From Macrostomum lignano (lineage: Eukaryota), in assembly GCA_002269645.1 (NCBI GenBank), contig NIVC01000105.1:721992-785991 (forward strand): DNA of 64,000 bases, read 5' to 3'. The first letter of the stretch is position 1. Each line of letters begins with the position of its first letter. The position numbers were made by a program, and so were the translations under genes. The notes beneath the pieces were generated by a model that did no database searches, was not told the DNA's origin, and was given only the letters and a program-made list of their open reading frames with translations. Below, piece by piece: positions 38,904 through 52,300 of this stretch.

Positions 38904-38945
38904 GGAGGAGTGGGGAGTGAAAAGAGGGAGAGAGTAGAGAGCTCT
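38365..38945. repeat. GA-rich low-complexity tract with a pure (GA)n core at ~38846-38896
   Basis: Read directly from the sequence. Confidence 0.9.
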
Positions 38946-39749
38946 ACCTAACCTAATCTGGTTTTTTATCAGTGCAATAGAGAGAATTAACTAGAAACAA
39001 ATATTTTGTCGTTCATTGCAAAGCAGATATTTATTAATCTCACATTGGTTTCATTCCAGGTGTGCCAATTCATCCAATTGGCATCAATGTCTGATGAGCT
39101 ATACTATGGTGAAGTACGGTACTTATGATTCATTATGCTTTGTGATTTTAAGAGATTTTTGGACAGAATGGCTTGATTGATATGAAAGTTCAAGTTTAAA
39201 GTACATACATAGGCTTACTGTTAGTTTTTTGCTTAGTTTTTTTTTCGCATGCATTTTTATGAAATTAGAAGTTTTTATATTGAAAGTGAACTTTAATACA
39301 AATAAAGTTGGTGATACTGTACAAGTTTTATTTGACTCCTACTGTTCATTTGAACAGCAAAAGAAAAATTATGAATGTTGGAGTCCTTGTTGGGCTGGTG
39401 TGCCAAGACTTCAAAAATACTACGCCTTTCTTGATTTTTATTATACTCGATTTTTATAGTGAAGTGTATAACGCCTTTGCAGCCTGCTCAACTCTGTACA
39501 GATTATCTGCTTTATAAAGCTTCAAAACTGCAGGATATAAAGCATGGTCTGCTACTTTATCGAGACTAGGAGGCAATGGTGAAAAAAACAAAATTTATTC
39601 ATTTTGACTGCAATGAAATATTGCGTATTGCCGGTACTTTACTGTACGCCCGCCGCTCCTACATGTAGATATAGCGCAAAACTTTGCATCATGTGAAAGA
39701 GAACAAAATTTTGAGCAACCTGGCGAATAAATTATCATTCTAGGAGTCT

Positions 39750-40316
39750 CGTTTCGCTAGAGAATCACTATCACATTATTTTTTAAAAAACAATTCGCCA
39801 TCGCAAAAAATATGTCTAACAAATAAACTTCTTTATTATGAATATTCGCCACGAGGTTTTCTCCAAGTTCCGCGTACATTTTTTTTCACAGAGCATTGAA
39901 AATTGCCGATGAGAAGATAGTGCGAAAATAGCAATGTGATAGCTTTTGGGGGCATAACGCTTGCATGAATTCTTTCGCCGTTTGATATTTTGAAGAGCAT
40001 ATTTTGTTCCACATAATTTAGCAAACTTTTCAAGAAGAAGAAGAAGAAATGATTGCACCGCACTGTGCCAAAGGTTGGGAAAGTACGTTTCTGTACTTTT
40101 TTCTTTTCGCCAACAGGGTAAATGGGGTGCGATACTTGCGCCATTTTTAAAAATAGATTTTACAAAGCCCACTTTTATATTCAAATCGATTTTCACACAT
40201 TCGCCACTTATTATATCAACTATAATGGACTTTCTTGTCAAAGATCCATTTGCTGCAAAGGCGCTATGCAATAATCACGTAGTATTGTTTTTTATTGCAA
40301 TTGAAACGGATTAAGT
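39750..40316. repeat. Inner inverted arm (left) of the foldback element
   Basis: Near-identical reverse complement of 58372-58938 (567 bp). Confidence 0.92.
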
Positions 40317-42360
40317 GCGGCTCCTAGTGCGGCTGGCCCCTCCCGTGACCGGACCTCGGCCCGTGTGGAAGCTCCTACGGCCGTGGAGGGATCCAAAGCG
40401 GGGGGCGCTGGCCAAACCACAAAGCCGAAGCGAACCTACGCGGCTATGGCCAAAAGGCAGCCGGCCCTGGTTATCCAAGGCCAGGAGACGCCTCTTACGG
40501 CCGAACAGCTCGACCTTATCTGGCGCAGCTTGGACTCCCACCTGGTCAAGATGGCCTTGAGCGGCACTACTATTCGAGTCCAAAAGACGAAAGTCGAGGA
40601 CCAAGCCCTCTATATCCAGCCCACCGACAGCCAGTCAGGACAGCAGCTCCTCGAGCTGCTGAAAACCTTCGACTGGGGTACGGAGCTGGAGAACCTGTTC
40701 ATCTACAGGGAGGACGAGCGACCCCGGACACACCGGCACCGTGCCTGGATTCCGGCTCGCATGCAGTTGCATCACCAAGGCCGACGAGCTGCGTCGCCAG
40801 CTAGTGGCTACCAACCCGGAGTTACCGGCCAATGGCGTCGTAGTTCACGAGACCATCTCCAAGCCGGGCGGAGACGGTTTCATGGCCATTCTTGGACTGT
40901 CGGATAGCTGGATGCTCCGCTATCCGAACATGTTCCTCATCCCTGTCGGGCGGATAGCGGATTCAGCTCTTTAGCTTTGAGTCTGACGCCACCCGTCCAC
41001 CGCGCCCCCAAAGAAGCGTAAGCGGGCGAACGGGGGTTCTTCCGGGCGGAAACGCCAAGGCACAGAAAATAACCCCTCCGAGGACGTGGTCCCTGTCAGA
41101 GGGAAAGCCGCGAAAGCTTCAGCAACAGGCGGACGTGGAAACCCGCCCGGAACACTATCCGCTCTGGTCTGACTCAGCGCGCGAAGCAGTTGCTTGACAC
41201 CGCCAAGGCCCCCAACCGCAGCAACCCCCAGCCCAGTGTCACCACCGCGGTCCCCCCTTCCCCCGGAAAACCGGGCCGAGAGCGAGAATGCCGCCCAGGT
41301 GGCGACATCGCCCTCGACCATGGAGACCATCCGGGAGGAACCCATGGAGCTGGAGCCTGGAACTAATGGCGAGGCAGAAGAGGCGGCTCTCCTACACAAC
41401 CCACCTTGAGCCGGCAGGAAGCTGTGCGGACCAGTCGAGGAATCCCCGGAGTGAACATTCTGCAGCCAAACCTACACCACTGCATCGCGGACTCGACCAA
41501 CCTGATGCAGGTGGCAAACTTTGTGAAACCGGGCATTATCCTACTCCAGGAGACCTAGACGAATAAAGGTAAGATTCCGAATATTCCTGCTTTCTGAATT
41601 TCCGAATGGACCCCCCAAAACCCCAGAGCAGCCATATTCGTGCGTACCCATCTCAAAGCTTGGCACAGACCGGACCTCTCTGATAGTGTCATTCAGTCCA
41701 GCCACATAATAATCACCAACCGCACGGTCATCATCGCCTCGATCTATATCCCTGGCGAAGGCCCCGCTGTTCCACTGCTCTAACTACTGCTCAAACCAGG
41801 TGTGGGGCGAAGAGGAGTCTCTGTCTGACCATCGCTTCGTTCGTTTTCGATTGCAATCCGCTTGCCCCAAGCCTCACATCCTGTGGAAAAGGAACGTCCG
41901 GAACACGGACTGGACGGCTTTCGCCGTCTCCTGAAGCCCTGAAATGCCAGACAGATCAGCTGACTACCGCCGCTCTAACCACCTGTCAGGAAGTGAATGA
42001 CCTTGCATACTTGCTCAGCAAGACCGTTCTGACAGCCCATAGGCTTCCTGTCCTCTTAAAGCTTAAAAATACAAAAAATCCGCCCCCTGGTGGCCAGTGG
42101 CCACCCGGCGCTTGGATCCCTCAGGCGCAAGGCAAAGTGCCTCCAACGGAAGCTTGCAAGAGCAAGGACCCAGCTGACCTGGCCGCCTATCAAGACGCGA
42201 TCCGCGACCGCGACTTTAAGCCTGAAACCAAGAAAGCAAAGTCCGACAAATGGCGCCAATACTGCGCGGAGTTAAAAGGCACCCGCCCTATTTCACGCGT
42301 AGTTAAGGCTCTCACCCTCGACAAAATGTCAAAGCTCTCAAAGCTCCTTACAGAGCTTTG
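40317..42360 (+). pseudogene. Non-LTR retrotransposon fragment (LOA/R1-like ORF1 plus internally deleted APE endonuclease, no RT)
   Basis: ORF1-like RTYAAMAK...EDERPR...AWIP...QLVATNPEL. ORF2 LQPNLHHC...LLQE, RAAIFV, ASIYIP, SDHRFVRF, RNVRNTDWTAF, KAKSDKWRQYC. Many stops. Confidence 0.85.
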
Positions 42361-44451
42361 GGCTCAAATATATAATCGCAACCCGAACACCCAAGTCGGG
42401 GCCGTAAACGTTTGGTTCAGCTAAAGGAGAGAGGTTGAGGAAGTTAGGAGCTTTTCAAAGAAGCAAAAACTGATTCGTCTCATGAAATGTACGAGCTAGG
42501 ATCTTGCAACCTGGGCGTTAGTCGAAGCAACTTTGAAGTTGTATTGTAGCTTAAAAACTAGATTGTCACTACGCCCGTACATACATGTATACTGCTTTTG
42601 CATCTGAGTCTCATTTGTGCAAGGCCTCTCTGTACGGACATGTGTGACGTTCATTTAGAAAACTACGATGATTCTTGGTTCCTAAAAAGAACGATAAAGC
42701 CAAATACGTAACCTGATTCAATTTCTTTCCAACTTCAATTTCTTTTTACTGTTTGTAACGTTTCTTTCATATCATCCCTCAACTGACCAATAAGTTTTAT
42801 GGGCACATCAACGGTACTTAGCTTTGATTCGGGAGACAAGCAAAATATTTTTTATTTTGGACCTGGGTACATTTTTGTCCATCCAACTTTTACATTCACA
42901 TCTCACGTCGGTTTTTCTGCAAAGGAACAGATTGCTCAATACTTAATTGCTCAGATCGCTCACAATTGGTGGAAAGGGACAAATTCCTCTCCAAAAATTG
43001 ATTGGACAAAAGTTGACAAGAGATGAAAGGTAAAGTAGTAGAAAATGGTGCGAAGGTAAAAAAGTAGAAAATGCATGGTATTAAACTGCGCAAACATTAT
43101 AATATAAGACTAAACACTTATTTTCAAATGCTTAAACTACGAGCTACGAGTTAAAAAACGAAAAACTCATTATATTAGGCACAATTGGATCTGCGTTAAA
43201 TGGTCTAAAAGCATTGTTTAAACCAGGGGTTTTGGAATATTTTCCAAACTGGGGACTCAAAACAAAGGGCATAGGAGCTACGAGTATATCATGCCTCTGG
43301 AGGGAACTTCAGGCTAGCAAATTTTATAGTAGTGTTTTGCAAATACGAGTAATTATTAAAAAAGTTTCCTAAACTATAATATCCAAAATTTGAGCATTTC
43401 GTTAAATACAGTTTAACGATTAGGTAATTTCAACGCCCATAGTTACGTCAATAGTAACTATATATCATTTATATCAACTTGTCACAAGTAGTGTCATTGG
43501 TAGTAAATATACTGGTAATACAGCTTCAAACCTTTTCTGCTAGTCACCTTTCATTTACTATTCATGCATTTCTGTCTGAACCAAGAGTGAAAAATTGCTG
43601 GTTACACCTTTTTGCACAAACTACGAGCATGCTGTCTATATTAGACGTACAGATTGTGTTAATACGCTCGTAAGCGAGCCAACGAGGCGCAGATTGTGGT
43701 GGTAAAAACCATATGACACGACGGCTCACAAAAGAAATTATTAGAACATCAGTCTGCAAGGGGAGAAGCTACAAAGTAAAAGTGAGAACCATTGAAAATT
43801 TTCATACGGCACCATTAGCATTCCTTACACATGGCAGTTCGCGGTACAATTTGCTAAGACGTAAACGAAAATGTTCGGTTTGCCCACACGTGCAGTTTGA
43901 CGTTCAGAAACAATGTTCGAGGCCCCAAGATTTACGTTCGCTAGATTGTCGTACAGGAAGTTCGTTTCACCGACTCGGATCCGAGCCAAGAAATGCGATC
44001 GACTGGCATTGAAAAACGTAGTGCAAAGTAAGTCGTAGCTAAAAAATAAACGTCGCAGACGCAACTTCTTTTTATAAAGTAAGCATTAAGATAATGACGC
44101 TATTAAAAACTACTTGGATTACATATGTGCATTACACATTTATACAATACATGCTGTACGTATGCTGTATCCGTTCTTTTTCTTTGTGTATTCAGAGTCA
44201 ATGTAGCAGAACTACTTTGTTCTTGTGACATCAAACTTACAAGAATGTTAAAAAGCTTGGTTCTAACAGATTCTATGAAAATGCGATATCGCAACGCCTT
44301 ATTATTTGCTTACTCATAAATACGCACCTCACATAAACACAATATTGCGCCCTACAATGTGCATGTACGACTTTAAGGTGCAGAAGGAATTGAACACTTA
44401 CTGGAGACGTTCGTCGCTAAACGGATGCATTTGCTGGGGTGCATCTGGCAT

Positions 44452-47400
44452 TTAGATGAAACTGTCAACTTCAGGAACGGCTATCATAAAAACAGGCGGT
44501 GGGTGATGGTCAAAAGCCGGGGCACTAAACCGCCGTAGACTACCGCAGTGATGGCATTCGTGCACTTCCTCATCGATATGAAATATGCGCCTCATGAACG
44601 ATTCCGGGTTTTCATACCAACATTCTTCCTCGGTTGGAAGTCGAAGCACAAGCTGTTGGAATGATGCCGACGCCTGTGGCTCTGGACAGTCATGTTCCAA
44701 ACACTCGGATGTCTGTCTATATGTGTGGCAGAAACCCGTCACAGCGGTGACCATGTCGAGTTCGCTGCCATAGAGGTCACAACTAACGACATTGGATGCT
44801 GCAGTCCTTCTTATTAGATGACCTGAGTCCCAAAGTGCTTGTGACCGAATGAGAAGCCTAGCACGAGCTTTGTGCGCAGCCGCAGTTGTGTAGGAGCTGA
44901 CAGCTTCTGACAGAAATTCAAAAAAAGTATCTGGCAGGACCGTCTGGGGTGTCCTAAATTGCCTGTCGAAACACATTGTTGTCTCTGTAAGCAAAAGTTA
45001 AGGCCGTAAGCACACCATCTACCGTGCATGAATTCCTCAGGGTGAGTAAACAATTCATTTCCAACAGGTACAGCGCTGATTTGTCCACCGTTGCGCAGTG
45101 TCGAGAAAGTGTGTGCCGCCGAATTTGTTGGAAGGCTGAAGGGGCGTTTAATACTAGTGTATGTCGGCTTCCTTCCACGACGCTTTTGTTCGTCACCGAG
45201 GCCTCGTGCAGACCATCCACAGTGATGCTCCGGCCATTCATCATGGGGGAAAATGGAGAGGGGCGGTGGCTCGAGCCTTAAGGTGGTATTGGCGCAGTTT
45301 GATGAAGTCTTGATGTCACCAGCTCCTCCGTCGGAATACCTGTCGCATGAGGGGGCGCTGAAGCGAAATGGCCTGATTGCGGTACTGAACAGGAGTCAGT
45401 TGGTCCTGGAGCGGGAGGACCTTCTGGGGCAACTTGTGGCGCTGAAGCGAAATGGCCTGCTTGCAGCACTGAACAGGAGTCAGTTGGTCCTGGAGCGGGA
45501 GGACCTTCTGGGGCAACTTGTGGCGCTGAAGCGAAATGGCCTGCTTGCGGCACTGAACAGGAGTCAGTTGGTCCTGGAGCGGGAGGACCTTCTGGGGCAA
45601 CTTGTGGCGCTGAAGCGAAATGGCCTGATTGCGGCACTGAACAGGAGCCAGTTGGTCCTGGAGCGGGAGGACCTTCTGGGGCAACTTGTGGCGCTGAAGC
45701 GAAATAGCCTGATTGCGGCACTGAACAGGAGTCAGTTGGTCCTGGAGCGGGAGGACCTTCTGGGGCAACTTGTGGCGCTGAAGCGAAATGGCCTGATTGC
45801 GGCACTGAACAGGAGCCAGTTGGTCCTGGAGCGGGAGGACCTTCTGAGACAACTTGTGGCACTGAGGTGGTGTGTGTCGTGGCCGGAGGTGGCTCTCGTG
45901 AAGCTAAAGTTGCAAGACGTGGCGCAGTCAGAGATAAACTTGAGAAAAATTGTAGCGCTGACGCTCGTGCTTGTTTTGGTGCCTCCTCGTGTCTCATCAT
46001 GAAGTGTGGACCCCCATCTGTCACGCCCAGATCACGCAGATAGATCTCAATTAGTCCTGGGAGATATTTGTGCTGTTGGCGCCAGAAATCCATTGGTTTG
46101 CGCAGTAGGCGACTTTCGCAAAGGGAATTTTTCACCAGACCCATCCACCTCTCTGTGTGAGCCTCTGTGAATGCAGGCTCCTCTCGCGAAACGGAGAAAA
46201 ACGTTCCATCACTTGCATACCTTAGTGGGTGAACAAGAACGCTAGTCACCATGGGCAGGAAAGGTACAATTACGTTCAAAAGTTTATCAGCTACAGCTAG
46301 GCTGAAATAGGCATTCGGTTCACCATCTTCATTCATCAAAGTTAGCTCTCCTTAAACTTCGGACAATACTCGCTGTCCCCATTGCCAGAAGGAAGATGCG
46401 CGCATTAGAGTTTTGTCCGGTCTCTGATAGTCAATACTCTCTCTCTCTCTTGTAATTCTCTCTCTTGAAGCTCAGCCTCGTCGCCTGGCCATTCTCCTGT
46501 GATGGCATCTCGGAGAACAGCAAGTGGCTCATATCTACGTTCTCCAGTGACAGCAACGTGCACCCCCTCCAGGCTTGGCGCAAGCAAAATAGCTAAAAAC
46601 GCGCGTAGAATAGTCTTTGCCTGATCCAAGCTGGTGCTCAAGATCAGCGCACCGAAAGCGTGCTTCCAAAGACGCTTAGTGCCTTTTAGGGGGCACGATG
46701 CAACTTCTGGCCAAGAACAAAATTCGTGCATGACGTGACTGCGTCCCAGCTGAACTACTGTGAACTCACGGAGCTCGGCTGACGGCATGTTCATTGTGAG
46801 CGCCTGCATGCAGTGCCGGAGAAAAGGTAGTACGTCCATCCCGTGCAGGCAGTTCAGAAGAGCACGCATGGATGGGAGGTTATAATCGGTGACGGCTGCT
46901 TTTACTTGCAGCCCAGGAATGGCGCGTCGTACATCCGTAAACCACGATTCAGTGACGAACTTCAGCAGAGCTCCTGTTTGGCAGGTGGTCAGTAATTCCA
47001 TCAGTGCAATGGGGGCACTACCGGGCCTAGGGTGGCGAAGGACAATTGCGTGGTAGTAAAGCGGCTTTTCCGAACTGCCCGTTGCACGTCCTATTGGCGC
47101 CCCGGTGGAGTCCAATCCCAGTACTATCGGCAGGCGCCGACTGTGCAGCGTGCGCATCAGCTCAATCCCGCGGTCAAGCCAGGCTGCTGCGTATCGGGGT
47201 TCTTCGGACCCAAAAAACGTTCCAACTAGTCGGATGTATTGTGGCTGGAGAATTTCACCGGCATTAACTAAATCAGTTAAAAGATTTCCAGAAGGGTTTT
47301 CGGCCTGCTGCTCGCGGCACGCCATGATGCGGGCTGCATTAGCAGAGAAGTTCTCTGCGCTGATACCCTCCGTTGCCAGTCCAGCTACAACTTTGAAAGC

Positions 47401-48175
47401 ATTAGATTGTCTTACGGCTTTCGCAACCTTCTGACGCCTCGGTCCACGAACTGGACGGCTGACAACTGGATGCTCACGGATGGTCGAAAGAGCTTGCAGT
47501 TGCCAGTTTTGTCGCTGAGCATCTGACGACAGTACAAATCGAGCACCACATGCATGAAACCTGCAGTATAACTCCGCTTTGACTTCGCCAGAGCGCAGAA
47601 TTCGTCGCTTATCCACACACAGGCAGCAGCAGAAACCTTCTTGGTGGGAGAATCCCGGAATGATATCGTTGTGCCAGAAAGGTTTCAATTGGCCTTGTTC
47701 GTCTACCACACAGTCCTGACCAATTTTATAGTAGAAAGTGGGACAGTCAAGGTCTGCAGTATCTGTCCCATCAGACGTGCACTCCAAGTCATCTTGACTA
47801 GCTGAAGATCTAGAAAAAATGAAACATACATCTGCTCATTAAAACTTTTAAATTGAAACGTTCTAAAGTATCAAGGGAGGTTTCGTAAACTTACACAGCG
47901 GGATTGGTTGGTTCTTTGCAGCATTCCAGAATGGCGGCACGAATTCCTCGGCTATCCTTCTGCAGTTGGTCGTAAAGCCACTTCCGATTCTTTTCATTGC
48001 TTCCATCGAATCCAACAAAATGGGCCCAACGAGAGAGACTCGCATCTTCCTGGCTTCGCCAACTGGGAAGACGAGAGCTAGAAAATCTTTCGGCTCTAGC
48101 CTACCATCCCGAAACGGCAGTGTGAGGTCCAGTAGAGACACTGCTTGCCAGTCTAAAAGTAAGAAAAGTTATTGA
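44452..48175 (-). pseudogene. NOF-like (Mutator/MULE) DDE transposase with C-terminal protease-like region
   Basis: LDSTG (~47110), KPLYYHAIV..HP, VTDYN (~46886), QLGRSHVM, PFLPMVTS, TEAHTERWMGLVKNSL..KP.DF (~46150), NSCTVDGVLTAL (~45026). Frameshift in an AG run (~46440) and in-frame stops (~46352, 45278). Confidence 0.78.
45354..45866 (-). repeat. 84-bp in-frame tandem repeat x6 (28-aa Pro/Ser/Ala unit) in the NOF-like ORF
   Basis: Exact 84-bp period (45354, 45438 ... 45774). Confidence 0.95.
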
Positions 48176-48505
48176 AGTAGTAGTGTATGTGTCACGAGTA
48201 AAGAATTTTATTAAGAAGCAGACATACTAAAAATTCCAATTTACTCCCATCACCCATCTTTCCTCACCAAGTAAAGTCACATAAGAAGGTTGTCAATTTG
48301 TTATTAAAAGAACAATTGACTAATGCTACATGATGCACAAACTCAAACAAAATTTGACTACAAACTCTGGACAGTATAAGTGACCGCATTCATTTCTTAA
48401 CCTAATGGATGCGTGCTTAAAAATAAATGTACCTTATATGAGTATGTGACTTTAGATACATTAGAATAGAGCAATAAAACATTTTACAGTGACTTACTTA
48501 GGTGA

Positions 48506-49317
48506 TGTGACGTTGCCAGTTTAAGGTGGTCCCGAAAAGGGCCGTTGGACTGCTGTTTCTCTATAGTTTCAACCCTTCAGTTTCACCGTTTCAACTAAAC
48601 TTTTCCATTTGTTTATTGCGACGTTTACTTGTAGTAGTGCCCAACGATTTTGTGGCAATTTCTAATTCACTGTATATTTTGCTATCCTCTCTCGCGACCG
48701 TATAAAATTGGCACGATCGATAATTTTAAGTTCTCTCGCCAGCCAATGAAAACCACTCGTGCTTCGCGCTACCCCCCTCTGCGCTCCTTTATTAAACCCC
48801 CCCCCCCCGCCTGGCGGCGGGCACTCCACTCTCCTCTCTCTCTCTCGCTCTCTCTCTCCGTCTGTCCTTGGCCTTGTGTGTGTTTTTACGGCCTTGTTTT
48901 CCTTCTCTCTGTCTGGCTGCCTCGAGCCTCCTTACCTCACGCCACGGCTGACGCCAACCTCGCCACTGCTCATCTGCCTGACTACTACGTCTCACTGTCT
49001 TCACTGTACTCATTGCCATTGATCATCACGTTGCGTCGCCATTACATCACTCGTCTGTCGCTTGAACTCACATCCAATTTATCTTCAAAAAAGAAACCAT
49101 TGTTGCAGCCGCCAGTGCCCCGAAAGCCATAGTTTGTCATTTGCCAGTAACAACCAAACTTACTATTTATATTGATAATAAAAACGACTACGGCAGTTTC
49201 CTGCCCTTATTGCCAAGTGCTCCGCTACACCATCCACTTCGCCTAAGTTGACTTCAACTTATTTTGGGACTAAAACGGCCCTTTTAAGGGTCACGGCCAA
49301 CGTCAAATAACGTGACA
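48506..49317 (+). mobile_element. Solo LTR of the CSD-Gypsy family
   Basis: TGTGACGTT...AACGTGACA, closely similar to 7321-8089; no PPT or PBS; flanks GTGA/GTAA (4-bp TSD with 1 mismatch). Confidence 0.9.
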
Positions 49318-50832
49318 GTAAGTTCCGTTTTCAACCATATGGATGATAAATCTGGAATATGAGGAACATATTTGTGAGAGTTCTTTGTGAGGAGTGTCAT
49401 GTGAGATGACAGCTATAATCACAATGTCAGTTCCTTCTTGTCTAATTGCCTAATTTAGAAATATGTATATTGTATAGAAAATGCTTGTCTTTACAATATG
49501 CTAAATCTTAAATCTTAGATGCTAACTAGTAGAAATAAATATGTTTAAAAATGAAGAAACACAATCTCATTTAATATAATTATAGTGAAAAAATACAAAA
49601 TTTAACTAATTACCTAACCAGCTATAAAACAAATAAAATAAAGAATTTGATTTGTATATAACTATATATAATTTTTTGTAATGAAAGTAAGCCAACTAAT
49701 TATTAATCATAGATATAACGAAAGTAATTTTCAATACAGCCTATCTTTGTAGTTTATATTATGACTAGAGATAGAAAATATTTTTGAAAACTTTTAATTG
49801 CTATATTTTTATTACTTTATCTTACTCTTTTAAATATAGAACCAAATATAATTTATAACAGCAGAATTGGTGCAATTACATAATTTTTACTCTTCCTTTT
49901 ACTTCCACATAACTTAAAATTTTAGATACCTACTACTGACTAGCTATCCACACTCCACAAAAAAAAGTCTGTTGTGTTCATTGTTCAATGTGACTTTTAC
50001 CTGTATAATAGAGTCTAAGACGTGTGGCGTTCTGACGGAGCGAGTTCGCGTAGACGAGCTGGGCTGCTATTGTTGGCTAGCGGAGCTCAGAGTCATAATA
50101 CAATAGAATGATAAAACAGTGTTGCCGAATTTCGATTTGATGGAGGAGAAATAGAAACTTCTTTCTTATCCTATATACTAAAAATGTGATGTCTATATAT
50201 ATATATATGTGATAGATCCTATATACTAAAAATGTGATGTCTATATATATATATATATATGTGATAGATTAGAGAAAAAATGGCTGGACCGATTTTGTTC
50301 GAACTTGCACTGTTCGATCAGAAATTTTCCCGTGACGGTACATGCATCGTGGCTAAGAAATTGCTCGATGCTAAAGGCATTAAATATTCGAAAAACATGC
50401 TTTTTTGCAAAAGTCAAGCAAACTTTTTGACTTGAAATGCATTGTAAGAATGCTAGAGAAAAAACTGACTGGTTGAATTCTGACTCTGAAATAGATTGCA
50501 TCATAACTGAATTGTAACTCCGACTTGAATTAAAAATGCAGTGTGGAAGCGTAGCACCAGACTTGATTTAAAATGCGTAACCATATTGTTAACTGATACT
50601 GACTGACTGAGAAACTGATTATGTCATAACTGCTTCGTGTGATTTACTCTATGCTTGGATTTAAAAGTGTTGAGTTATATAGGTGCAAAAGTTGATGTTA
50701 TCAAAACGATGAGAGCTAGCCTAAAGGTGAACAAACTGAACTGCTAAATGCAGTGTCGATGGTTTGAATTTGAGTATAATTTTTTTAATTAAAGCTTTTC
50801 AACGTCAGGAAAACTAAAAGACTTTTTAAAAA

Positions 50833-52300
50833 GAAGCGTCATATAAAAATCGTAGAAGCGTCATGTAAACAATCATAAAAGCGTCATGTAAAAAATCATA
50901 GAAGCGTCATGTAAAAAATCTTAGAAGCGTCATGTAAACAATCATAGAAGCGTCATGTAAAAAATCGTAGAAGCGTCATGTAAAAAATCTTAGAAGCGTC
51001 ATGTAAACAATCATAGAAGCGTCATGTAAACAATCATAGAAGCGTCATGTAAACAATCATAGAAGCGTCATGTAAACAATCATAGAAGCGTCATGTAAAC
51101 AATCATAGAAGCGTCATGTAAACAATCATAGAAGCGTCATGTAAAAAATCATAGAAGCGTCATATAAAAATCGTAGAAGCGTCATGTAAACAATCATAGA
51201 AGCGTCATTTAAAAAATCATAGAAGCGTCATGTAAACAATCATAGAAGCGTCATGTAAACAATCATAGAAGCGTCATGTTAACAATCATAGAAGCGTCAT
51301 GTAAACAATCATAGAAGCGTCATGTAAAAAATCATAGAAGCGTCATGTAAACAATCATAGAAGCGTCATGTAAACAATCATAGAAGCGTCATGTAAACAA
51401 TCATAGAAGCGTCATGTAAACAATCATAGAAGCGTCATATAAAAATCGTAGAAGCGTCATGTAAACAATCATAGAAGCGTCATTTAAAAAATCATAGAAG
51501 CGTCATGTAAACAATCATAGAAGCGTCATGTAAACAATCATAGAAGCGTCATGTAAAAAATCGTAGAGGCGTCATGTAAAAAATCTTAGAAGCGTCATGT
51601 AAACAATTATAGAAGCGTCATGCAAACAATCATAGAAGCGTCATGTAAAAATCATAGAAGCGTCATGTAAAAAATCATAGAAGAGTCATGTAAACAATCA
51701 TAGAAGCGTCATGTAAACAATCATAGAAGCGTCATGTAAACAATCATAGAAGCGTATTGTAAACAATCATAGAAGCGTCATGTAAACAATCATAGAAGCG
51801 TCATGTAAACAATCATAGAAGCGTCATGTAAAAAATCGTAGAAGCGTCATGTAAACAATCATAGAAGCGTCATGTAAACAATCATAGAAGCGTCATGTAA
51901 ACAATCATAGAAGCGTCATGTAAACAATCATAGAAGCGTCATGTAAACAATCATAGAAGCGTCATGTAAAAAATCATAGAAGCGTCATGTAAAAAATCAT
52001 AGAAGCGTCATATAAAAATCGTAGAAGCGTCATGTAAACAATCATAAAAGCGTCATGTAAAAAATCGTAGAAGCGTCATGTAAAAAATCTTAGAAGCGTC
52101 ATGTAAACAATCATAGAAGCGTCATGTAAACAATCATAGAAGCGTCATGTAAAAAATCGTAGAAGCGTCATGTAAAAAATCTTAGAAGCGTCATGTAAAC
52201 AATCATAGAAGCGTCATGTAAACAATCATAGAAGCGTCATGTAAAAAATCATAGAAGCGTCATGTAAAAATCATAGAAGCGTCAAGAAAAAATCATAGAA
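50833..52300. repeat. 23-bp satellite AGAAGCGTCATGTAAA(C/A)AATCAT, about 63 copies
   Basis: Read directly from the sequence. Confidence 0.97.

Noticed and set aside
39085-39120. CTGATGAG as a hammerhead ribozyme core
   Set aside because: No stem II followed by GAAA, and no flanking stems.
39816-40314. Duplicated ORFs (also 58374-58873) as a gene
   Set aside because: They reflect the non-coding inverted arms; the frames are not conserved between the arms.
45253-46002. Plus-strand ORF with 28-aa Leu-rich helical-looking repeats
   Set aside because: Antisense to the NOF-like ORF, explained by the 84-bp repeat, and no recognisable domain outside the repeat.
50241-50504. Similar short minus-strand ORFs (also 53536-53769 and 55676-55945)
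   Set aside because: Shared Helitron 5' block; inconsistent lengths and no RepHel motifs.
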